This document shows positions 19,957 through 28,500 of a stretch of 64,000 nt of DNA, piece after piece. The notes under the pieces are model-generated. The model saw only the letters and a program-made list of their open reading frames with translations. It did no database searches and was not told the origin of the DNA. The stretch spans positions 52,730-116,729 of the forward strand of contig CAWGMG010000017.1 of NCBI GenBank assembly GCA_963823615.1, in the 5' to 3' direction. The translations under genes and the position numbers were made by a program. Origin of the DNA: an uncultured Verrucomicrobiae bacterium. GTDB lineage: Bacteria; Verrucomicrobiota; Verrucomicrobiia; Chthoniobacterales; Chthoniobacteraceae. How positions within the stretch are numbered: the stretch's first letter is position 1; each line of letters starts with the position of its first letter.

Positions 19957-20590
19957 CCTCTGAGACCGATTCCCGAAATTCCCGAAATGCGCCCCCCACC
20001 ACTCAGCCGACGGCGTAAACTGTGCAAGCCTTCCCGAAACTCACCGCGCCTGCGTTTTTCCTCTGAGACCGATTCCCGTAATTCCCGAAATGCACCCACT
20101 CCCACCCGCTCAGCCGCGGCGAAAACCGTGCAATCCTTCCCGAAACTCCGCCGCGCCCGCGCTTTTCCTCTGAGACCGTTTCCCGTAATTCCCGAAATGC
20201 ACCCACTCCCACCCGCTCAGCCGCGGCGAAAACCGTGCAATCCTTCCCGAAACTCCGCCGCGCCCCGCGTTTCTCCTCTGAGACCGATTCCCGTAATTCC
20301 CGAAATGCACCCACTCCCACCACTCAGCCGGTGGCGAAAACCGTGCAATCCTTCCCGAAACTCCGCCGCGCCCCGCGTTTCTCCTCTGAGACCGATTCCC
20401 GTAATTCCCGAAATTCACCCGCTCCCACCACTCAGCCGGCGGCGAAAACCGTGCAATCCTTCCCGAAAATCCGCCGCGCCCGCGTTTTTCCTCTGAGACC
20501 GATTCCCGAAATTCCCGAAATTCACCCACTCCCACCATTCAGCCGGCGGCGAAAACCGTGCAATCCTTCCCGAAACTCGCCGGGCCAAAC
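19957..20590 (+). repeat. tandem array, 6 units of ~103-109 bp (unit starts ~19957, 20060, 20167, 20275, 20383, 20490)
   Basis: Unit cctctgagaccgattcccgtaattcccgaaatgcacccactcccacc..gcgaaaaccgtgcaatccttcccgaaactccgccgcgcc.. repeated with few substitutions; unit lengths are not multiples of 3. Confidence 0.9.
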
Positions 20591-20717
20591 CCGGTTGCCA
20601 ACCGCCTGTGATGCGGTAAAGTGCCCGCGCCCTTCAAGACACGCTTTCCTTCGACGTATTTTGCTAAGGCGCAACGCGTTCCCCGATTGACCTTCTGTAG
20701 AAAACACCCAGTCCCCC

Positions 20718-22352
20718 GTGTTCTCCAAAGCCTCCTTCTTTCTCGTCGGTTTCCTCGCGCTGGCCGGTCTGGCGCGGGCGGATGAGCCGCTGCATGTGCG
20801 CGTCGATCAGCTCATCGAAAAGCAGGCCGAGGGGCAGCCGATCGCGCCGCTCGCCGGCGACGCGGAGTTCCTGCGGCGGGTCTATCTCGATTTCGCCGGA
20901 GACCTTCCCACCGCGGCGGAGGCGCGCGCTTTCCTCGATGACCAGGCGCCGGACAAACGCGAGCAATTGCTCACGAAACTCCAGGCGGCCCCGCGCTTCG
21001 CGGAGCGACTGGCCGATGCGCTGAATGTGATGCTGATGGAGCGCCGCGGTGAGGACGCCGCGTGGCGCAAGTATCTCCAGGATTCGTGCACAGCGGGCAA
21101 GCCGTGGGATGTGATGGCAAAGGAGATGCTCGCCCCGGATTACGCAAATTCCGAGCTGAAGGGCGCCGGCTATTTCACCGTGCGCCGGCTGGAGAAGGTC
21201 GGGCAGCAGACAACGGATTATCCCGGCCTGACGCGCGATGCGGGGCGGATGTTTCTCGGCGTCGATCTCCAGTGCTGCCAGTGCCACAATCACCTCACGG
21301 TCAAGAGCTACAAGCAGGTCGATTTCAATGGGCTGTTCGTCGCCTTTCAAAACATCAAGCTCGAGGGCGCGGAGGGCAAGGCCATGAAGGTCCGCGAAGC
21401 GCCGCTGATGGCGAAGTACGATTTCGTCTCGGTGCTGACCAAAGTCGCCGGCCAGACCGGGCCGCGCATCCCCTTCGGCGAGGAGATCGAGATTCCCGAT
21501 CCGAAGTCCGACGACTACTGGGAAGTGAAGCCCGACCCGAAGAAGAAGGAGGTCGGAGTGGCGAAGTTCAGCCCGCTGAAGGAGATCGCCCAGCGCATCG
21601 CGACGAAGGAAAATCCGTGGTTCGTGAAGAACATCGCCAATCGCATGTGGTGGCTGCTCATGGGCCGCGGCATCGTGGAGCCGCTGGATTTGCATAACCC
21701 TGCCAATCCGCCCTCGCATCCCGAGTTGCTCGATCTCCTCGCCCAGGAAATGGCCGCGCACGATCTCAGCCTGCAATGGCTGCTCAAGGAGCTGTCGCTC
21801 ACGAAGACTTATCAAAGGACGAGCGTTCTGCCGGAGCCGGAGGCCCTGAGCTTGTCGAAGGGGGGCAAGGCGCCGCCGGAAAACCTGTTCCTGGTCGCCA
21901 AGGAGCGCCCGCTCTCGTCGGAGCAATTGGTCCGCGCGTTCCTGCGCGCCACCGGCGAGTACGACGCGGCGGCCGTGGCCGATGCGCCGAAGGGCCACGC
22001 GCTGGCGGATTTCGACAAGGCGTTTCGCGGCGCGTTTGCCAATGCACCCAAGGAGCCGGAGTTGACGGTGAACCCGACGCTCAAGTCCGCGCTTTTCCTG
22101 CGCAACAGCGACCTCGTTCTCTCCACCGTCAAGCCCGAGCATGGCAACCTCGTCGAACGGCTCGTCGCGGTCACTGACCCGAAGGCGCTCGCCGAGGAGC
22201 TGTATCTAACCATCCTCACGCGCCTGCCCACCGCGGAGGAAACGGCGGAGGTCAGCGTGTGGATCGAAAAGCATGCGTCCGATCGCCCGAAGGCGGTGGG
22301 TCATTATGCATGGGCTCTGCTGAGCTCTGAAGAATTTTTCTCCAATCATTAA
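20718..22352 (+). CDS. DUF1549/DUF1553 (PSCyt-type) domain protein
   Basis: Signal MFSKASFFLVGFLALAGLARA; CCQCHNHLT motif; typical partner of DUF1501 in PVC genomes. Confidence 0.85.
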   Translation: MFSKASFFLVGFLALAGLARADEPLHVRVDQLIEKQAEGQPIAPLAGDAEFLRRVYLDFAGDLPTAAEARAFLDDQAPDKREQLLTKLQAAPRFAERLADALNVMLMERRGEDAAWRKYLQDSCTAGKPWDVMAKEMLAPDYANSELKGAGYFTVRRLEKVGQQTTDYPGLTRDAGRMFLGVDLQCCQCHNHLTVKSYKQVDFNGLFVAFQNIKLEGAEGKAMKVREAPLMAKYDFVSVLTKVAGQTGPRIPFGEEIEIPDPKSDDYWEVKPDPKKKEVGVAKFSPLKEIAQRIATKENPWFVKNIANRMWWLLMGRGIVEPLDLHNPANPPSHPELLDLLAQEMAAHDLSLQWLLKELSLTKTYQRTSVLPEPEALSLSKGGKAPPENLFLVAKERPLSSEQLVRAFLRATGEYDAAAVADAPKGHALADFDKAFRGAFANAPKEPELTVNPTLKSALFLRNSDLVLSTVKPEHGNLVERLVAVTDPKALAEELYLTILTRLPTAEETAEVSVWIEKHASDRPKAVGHYAWALLSSEEFFSNH

Positions 22353-22370
22353 ACTCAATCGGTCCAGCCT

Positions 22371-23654
22371 ATGTCGAATCCTCTCTGCACTCCACAGGAC
22401 CACATCCTCTCGCGCCGGCGCTTCCTCGGTCTCGGCGCGGGCGCGATGGCGGCCGGCGCGTTTGGCGGCCTCCTCTCCGCCCGGGCCGGCGAAGCGCTGA
22501 AGAAGAAGGAAAAGCAGGTCCTCTTCGTCTGGCTCGATGGCGGGATGAGCCAGCTCGAAAGCTGGGACCCGAAGCCGAACACGAAGTTTGGCGGCCCCTT
22601 CCGCACCATCCCGACGAACGTGACCGGCGTGCATTTGTCGGAGCTGATGCCGCGTCTCGCGAAGCAGATGGACAAGCTCTGTGTCGTGCGCAGCGTGAGC
22701 ACGCAGGACAACGCCCACTCCTCCGGCATCGAGCGCATCCAGCGCGGCGACCCGAAGACCCGCGGCGTCCCCTACCCTTACTTCGGCTCCGCCGTGGCGA
22801 AGCTCCTCGGGCCGTGCGAAAGCCATCTGCCGCCATATGTCTGGATCAAGCCCGGCGGCGGCGGTTTCCGCCCGGAAGACGGCGGTTTTCTCGGGCCGAA
22901 ATACGGCTCGCTCGCCTTTGGCGACGGACTTCCGCCGGATGATCTGCTGCGCAATCCGACGCTGACCGCGGAGGAGGACGACGAGCGCAACGAGCTCCGC
23001 GCGAAGCTGAACGAGCGCTTCGTCGCGCGCCGGCCGACGAACTATACCGAGGCGAACAGCCACGTCTTCGACACCGCGCGCGAGCTCATGAAACGCGCCG
23101 ACATTTTCGACCAATCCAAGGTCTCGGCCAAGGACCAGGAGCGCTACGGCCAACACGACCTCGGCCGGCACATGCTCTGCGCGCGCCGCATGCTGGAGTC
23201 GGGCGTCCGCTTTGTGAAAGTCACCAGCTACGGCTGGGACACGCACGGCGACAACTTCAACGCGCACGCCTCGCTGATGCCGAAGTTCGACCAATCGTTC
23301 AGCTCCATTCTCGAGGACCTCGCCGCGACCGGGCAGCTCGACCATACGCTCGTTATTGCGATGAGCGAATTTGGCCGCACGCCGCAGGTCAATGGGCACG
23401 CGGGCCGCGACCATTGGCCGGAAGCGTGGTCGATCGCGATGGCGGGTTGCGGCATTAGCAAAGGCGTCGTCGTCGGCGCCACGAACGAGACGGGGACCTA
23501 TGTGAAGGACAGCGGCTATGACATCGGCAGCCTCTTCCACACCTGGTTTAACGCGCTCGGGATCGACTCCGTGAAGGAGGAATACGACAACAAAGGCCAG
23601 CCGCTCCCCATCGCGCACGAAGATATGAAACCCATCAAGGAGGCCCTCGCGTGA
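22371..23654 (+). CDS. DUF1501 family protein with twin-arginine signal
   Basis: RRRFLGLGAGAMAAGAF (TAT motif); FVWLDGGMSQLESWDPKP..; sulfatase-like fold family. Confidence 0.85.
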   Translation: MSNPLCTPQDHILSRRRFLGLGAGAMAAGAFGGLLSARAGEALKKKEKQVLFVWLDGGMSQLESWDPKPNTKFGGPFRTIPTNVTGVHLSELMPRLAKQMDKLCVVRSVSTQDNAHSSGIERIQRGDPKTRGVPYPYFGSAVAKLLGPCESHLPPYVWIKPGGGGFRPEDGGFLGPKYGSLAFGDGLPPDDLLRNPTLTAEEDDERNELRAKLNERFVARRPTNYTEANSHVFDTARELMKRADIFDQSKVSAKDQERYGQHDLGRHMLCARRMLESGVRFVKVTSYGWDTHGDNFNAHASLMPKFDQSFSSILEDLAATGQLDHTLVIAMSEFGRTPQVNGHAGRDHWPEAWSIAMAGCGISKGVVVGATNETGTYVKDSGYDIGSLFHTWFNALGIDSVKEEYDNKGQPLPIAHEDMKPIKEALA

Positions 23655-24745
23655 ACGCCCTCAAGCCACTCCACGTCGCGCCCGGCGCCTGCCAGCTCAC
23701 GTGCGCCCGCTTCAGTCCCGATGGCGCGATGGTCGCCGCCGGCGCGGTCGATGGCGGCGTCCAGCGCTGGAAGCTCGAGAACAAAAAGCTCGAGCCGCTC
23801 CCGCCGCTCACCGGCCATCAGGGCTACCTCAGCAGCCTCGCGTTTCACCCGAAAGAGCCGTGGCTTTTCACCGCCGATTCGTGGGGCCGGCTGCGCTGCC
23901 AGACCTTCACCGAGGACGCGCCGCCGGTCCTCTGGGAAAACGCCGCGGCGCACGACGGCTGGCTGCGGCAGATCGCGCTTTCGCCCGATGGCGCGCAGCT
24001 CGCCACCTGCGGGCGCGATCAAGCGGTCCGCGTCTGGACGGCGCAAGGCAAGCCGGTCGCGGAGTTCAAGCACGACGACGACGTCTTCGTGCTCACCTTC
24101 ACGCCCGATGGCCAGGCGATCGTCTTCGGCGATCAGCACGGCCACGTGCTGCAATGGGACCTCACGACGAAGAAAATCACCCGCACTTTCGACGCGACCT
24201 CCATGTACAAGATGGACCGCATGCAGGATTTGTGCGGCCTGCGCGTGCTCACTTTCTCGAACGACGGCAAGCTCCTCCTGGTCGCCGGCTGCACGCCGAA
24301 CAGCGGCGCGACGACGCAAAGCGTGCCGACGTGTCTCGCGTTCGATTTCGCGACCGGCAAACTCAAGCACACGTTCAATTACGGCACGCCCAAGGACGGT
24401 GCGATCGAGGACGCGCTGGTCCATCCGAATGGCTACGTGCTGGCCGCAACGAGCGGCAACCCCGGCACCGGCCGCGTGCTCCGGTTCAAGGCCGAGGAGA
24501 AAACCGCCTTCGACGACACGATCTCGCTCGCCAATTGCCAGGCCGTCTCGCTCCACCCCGACGGACAGCATTTCATCGTCGTCTCGACCAACTCCGGCAG
24601 CGGCAACGGCCGGCCGAAAACGGCGGACGGCAGCTACCCGACGAACATCTCCCCAGTGAACCTCTTCTTCCTCCCGGAAGAAGCGAAGGCCGTGGAAAAA
24701 GGCCCGAACCTCGACGCGGTGATCGACGCGAAGCTGCCGAAATAG
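23651..24745 (+). CDS. WD40/beta-propeller repeat protein
   Basis: Repeated ..DG..LA.G..DG.V..W.. units; GTG start overlaps the DUF1501 stop (operon). Confidence 0.7.
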   Translation: MNALKPLHVAPGACQLTCARFSPDGAMVAAGAVDGGVQRWKLENKKLEPLPPLTGHQGYLSSLAFHPKEPWLFTADSWGRLRCQTFTEDAPPVLWENAAAHDGWLRQIALSPDGAQLATCGRDQAVRVWTAQGKPVAEFKHDDDVFVLTFTPDGQAIVFGDQHGHVLQWDLTTKKITRTFDATSMYKMDRMQDLCGLRVLTFSNDGKLLLVAGCTPNSGATTQSVPTCLAFDFATGKLKHTFNYGTPKDGAIEDALVHPNGYVLAATSGNPGTGRVLRFKAEEKTAFDDTISLANCQAVSLHPDGQHFIVVSTNSGSGNGRPKTADGSYPTNISPVNLFFLPEEAKAVEKGPNLDAVIDAKLPK

Positions 24746-24828
24746 CTTCCGCCGAAGGCTGTCCGTCCCTGGCACCGACAGCGCGGTGCGCTCCGTTAGC
24801 GAGCCCCGGCACGACGATCGGTGCTACT

Positions 24829-24882
24829 CCCAGCCCCTCCCTCCAAACCGGACGGCGGTTTTCCCGCATCCCGCTTTCCAGT
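24829..24882 (-). mobile_element. group II intron domain V/VI-like remnant (~55 nt)
   Basis: cccagcccctccctccaaaccggacggcggttttcccgcatcccgctttccag aligns to 50471-50522 of the intact intron (..caaaccggacaggcggttttcccgcatccggctttccgag). Confidence 0.5.
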
Positions 24883-24964
24883 CAGCACGCCTCGACGACA
24901 GATTCCCTCGACGCGACCGGCGAACCGTAAGCGATCGAACCCATGGGCGCTTCCCGCGATGATT

Positions 24965-25396
24965 TCACAAGTATCCGCGCACGCCGCATCTCTTCGGCTC
25001 GCGCGGGACGGACGATGACAAGCACTTGGGCCGGCGCGCGTCGCAGGCTTTCATCGCCGATCCGTCGCTCATCGTGGAGGAGAAGATCGATGGCACCAAT
25101 GTGTGATGGCCGCCTTTCTCCAAAGGCTCGCGACCCTCCACCTGCGCCAGAAAAAACCGTTCGCCGATCAGCGGGCCGGCCACGGCCAGCACCGCCGGCA
25201 GACGACACACCGCCTGCACCTTGGGGTCGAGATCCAACCACGAATGGCGCCAGTCCAGACCGCGCGGCACCGGCCATTGGTCCGAAGGTTTCACGCCCGC
25301 CTCGAACGCCGCGCGCAGCTCGTCCAGCCATCCCGCCGGGATCGCGCCCCGGAGCAGAGCGAAGCCGTCTCGCTGGAGTTGGGGGAAGTCAGTCAT
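24965..25396 (-). pseudogene. phytanoyl-CoA dioxygenase (PhyH) family, N-terminal fragment only
   Basis: MTDFPQLQRDGFALLRGAIPAGWLDELRAAFE.. is PhyH-like; the ORF ends after ~90 conserved aa and no C-terminal His/Asp motifs appear in any frame. Confidence 0.4.
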
Positions 25397-25536
25397 GGAA
25401 GTCCGCGTTCATGGGACCATTGAAGACAAGGGCCGGAGCGGAAAGCAATCGGCCGCGGGCCGCCGGGTCTCCGCGCGTTTTGCCTTCAAGCTCGGCGTTC
25501 CGGTGTGACACGGCCGCGGGAATCCGCCGCTTCGAG

Positions 25537-28500
25537 CTACCGGCGCGGTGCAGGCCGGAGCGACAGCGATTCGTTCTCGGAGCGCAGCTCGACGGCGTCC
25601 GGTGGCGGCACGGTCCTCCGATCATACGGCCAAGGCGTGGAAAACAACACGGAGGGTGTGGGCAGGAAGCGCGGCGGCTGCGAGGGCGGGTAGGACTGAT
25701 AGAACGGCGTCGCCGCGCGGAACGGGCGGACGCGGTCGCGCTCGCCTCTGGGATAATCCATGGAGCTCGGCTGATAGCTTCTCGTTTCCGGCGTGCACGA
25801 GCGAATCACCATGTTCAGCAGGATGACGCCGAAGAAGATCCAGCGTCCGATGGACAGGGGACCCATGGATTTGCCGCCCCCCGGCTGGCGAATCCAGCTC
25901 GACCGGTACCGCTCGCCGGCGAGCTGCGCCATCAGCCCGACGGCCCGCCGGGTCACCGGCTTGAGCAGCCCGCCGTGCAGATAATTGGCGGTGGGGGATT
26001 GGTTGAGCCGAGCGATGCGGTTGCGCAACTCCGCGGGCCGGCCCGCGGCGGGCGTCCGGTGGACCGAGAGCCCGGCATTCACGACCTCGCGCAGCGCATC
26101 GTAGAACGCGCCGTCGCCGCCGAATTGCGCCGCGCTGGCGAAGCTTGCCGCGTCGTCGAAACGCTGCGCCAGGAGCGCGTCGGAGGCCATCCACAGCTGG
26201 TGGTGGCGCGTCGTGTGATCCGGCGGTTCGGCGAGCGCGCGCCGGCTGGCGGCCACGCCTTCCGGCACGCGTCCCAGTCGCCGGAGCACGACCGCCACGT
26301 TCAACAAAATCCACGGCGGAATCGACGGGCGCCGCTCCCACTCGCGGAACCAGGCGGCCGCTTCCTTGTTCTGATTGAGCTGCACCAGGATCGCGCCGGC
26401 CTGGCCCCAGAGCTCCGTGTCGGCGCGCAGGGCCGGGCCGGAGGCACGCAGCAGCCACCGCAGCTCGTCGAGTTTGCGGTGCTTCGCGAGGCGCTCGAGG
26501 TAGGCGAGGTGCGCGCGCTGGCCGACGGGCGTGGTGAACCCCAGGAACGCCAGCGCGCGATAGGTGCGCGTGCCGCCGCGCTCGCCGACGAGTTCGCCGA
26601 AGAGCCCACCCGCCGCGGGCGAGGCGCCTTCCTCGGTCAGCCACGAGGCCAGCCGCTTTTCGAGCTCCTGCCGCTGGCCGGCGGCGAGGAGCGCCTGCCC
26701 GGCCGCCGCGACCGCGGAGCCGTCTTCGTCGCGAGTGAGGCAGAGCTGCCGCATCGTTTCGAGCGCCTCCGGGAACTCGCGCCGGGCGAGGTGGAGCCGG
26801 ACCTCGCCACCGACGGTCGTGGCGCCGGGGAGGTGCAACTTCATGCGCGCGAGCACTTCCGCGGCCTCGTCGAAGCGCCCGGCCTTGAGGTGCTGCTCGA
26901 AGAGATTGTGCGAGGCGAAGCCGTAGGAGGGATCGAGCTCCATCGCGCGGCGCAGAAACGGGAGCGCCTCCTCCGCGCGATTCGCACGCAGCAGCAGGCT
27001 GGCGCGCCAGCCCAGGGGAATGGCGCTTTGGGGAGCGAGCCGGCAGAGTTGTTCCGTCGCCTCGAGCGCCCCGGGGAAGTTCTCCAACTGCGACTCCCAC
27101 TCGACCAGCCGATGCCAGCCCCAGGTGAAATCCGGCTCGTCGCGCAGCAGCGCGCGCATCGCGGTGACGGCGCCGTGGAGATCGCCCCGCTCGGCGTCGA
27201 CCCAGACCCGGCGGCCGCGCAAGGCGACGGGAAGCTGGTCCGCGGGCCATGCCGCCGGAGCGCAGGCCGCGGCCGCCTCCTCCCAGCGGCCGGCGCCGGC
27301 CAGCAGCAACGCGCGGCCGTCGTGGGCATCGCCAAACCGCGGATTTAGCGCCAGCGCGCGATCGATGGCCCCGAGGCGTGCCGGGAGATCGGTGACGGGA
27401 AGGCATTCCGCGAGGCGCAGCCAGGATTGCGGCTCGGCGGGCCGCAGCTCCGTGAGCGAACGGGCGCATTGCAACGCGCGGCCCTCCAAGCCTGGGCGTT
27501 GCGAGAAGCGGCGCAGCAGATCCCAGCCGGCCTCGTGCCCCGGCTCCAGCCGCAGCGCGCGCTCGGCGGCTTCCGCGGCGGCCTCGGCACGGCCGCGTTT
27601 GTCGAGCAGCGCCGCCAGGTGCGTGTGATTCTCGGGATCGAGCGGCGCCGCGGCGATCGCCACCTCGAGCACGCGCTGCGCCTCGTCGAGATCATCCCCG
27701 CGCTCGTGGGCGGTCGCAAGCGCGCGGGCTGCTTCGCCGCAGGCCGGCTGCAGGACGAGCGCGCGGCGCAGCGGCCGGATCTGCTCCACGCGTTCGCCGC
27801 GCGCCACGTGGACGCGGGCCAGGTTCAGCCAGAGCGGCACGAGCAGCGGGAAACGCTCGGTCGCCTCGGTCGCGAGGGTCAGCGCCTCGTCGAGCTGCCC
27901 CATGGCGGTGAGCTGTTGCACCGTCGCCGACCACGCGTGCCACAGGTCGGGACGCGCGGCGAGCGCCTCGCGCAGTCCGGCCAGCAGCTCCGGCGGCTCG
28001 AGAATCGGGAAGGCCAGATTGCGATAAGAGAGCAGGCCGTCGCCCAGCACCACCTGGCGAATGAGCTCCTGGCGAATGAAGGCGATCGACTCCCGGCGCT
28101 CGCCAAAGCTCTCGCTCGCCGTCAGCAGCTCAACCATGGCCGGCGTGTGATCGACCGAGAGCCGCAGCCCTTCGCGCGCCGCCTCCCGCGCCGCGGGGAG
28201 ATCGCCCGCGAGCCGCGCGAGCAGCGCGCGGATGGCGCAGTTGATCGGTTCGCTTCGCTCCAGGGCCTCGGCCCGCGCCAACTGTTCGCGCGCCTCCGGC
28301 AGGTGCCGCTGATCGGCCAGCGTGAGCGCCAGTTCGCGCCGCGCCCAAGCGTCGTCCGGATTCATCGCCAACAGCGCCTCGACCGACTCCTGCAGCGCCG
28401 CCGCGCCGCTCGCCCGCGCCGATTCCACCGCCAGCCGGCGCAACCCCAGGTGATGCGGGAAGCGCTCGATCTGCGCGGCCAGGTGCGCGTTGGCGGCTTC

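Noticed and set aside
19615-20538. ORFs running through the tandem repeat arrays (19615-20496+, 20003-20323-, 20110-20538-, 52360-53310-, 52760-53512-)
   Set aside because: Repeat unit lengths (103-121 nt) are not multiples of 3, so no frame is maintained across units. The translations are repetitive Pro/Arg-rich sequence with no start context.
19957-20590. CRISPR array interpretation of the repeat arrays
   Set aside because: The whole ~107-120 bp unit repeats, including the would-be spacers, which differ by only a few substitutions. There are no unique spacers, no cas genes and no leader.
24965-25396. Intact phytanoyl-CoA dioxygenase gene
   Set aside because: Only the N-terminal ~90 residues are PhyH-like. 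No HxD...H iron-binding half appears in any frame downstream, so it is called a fragment.
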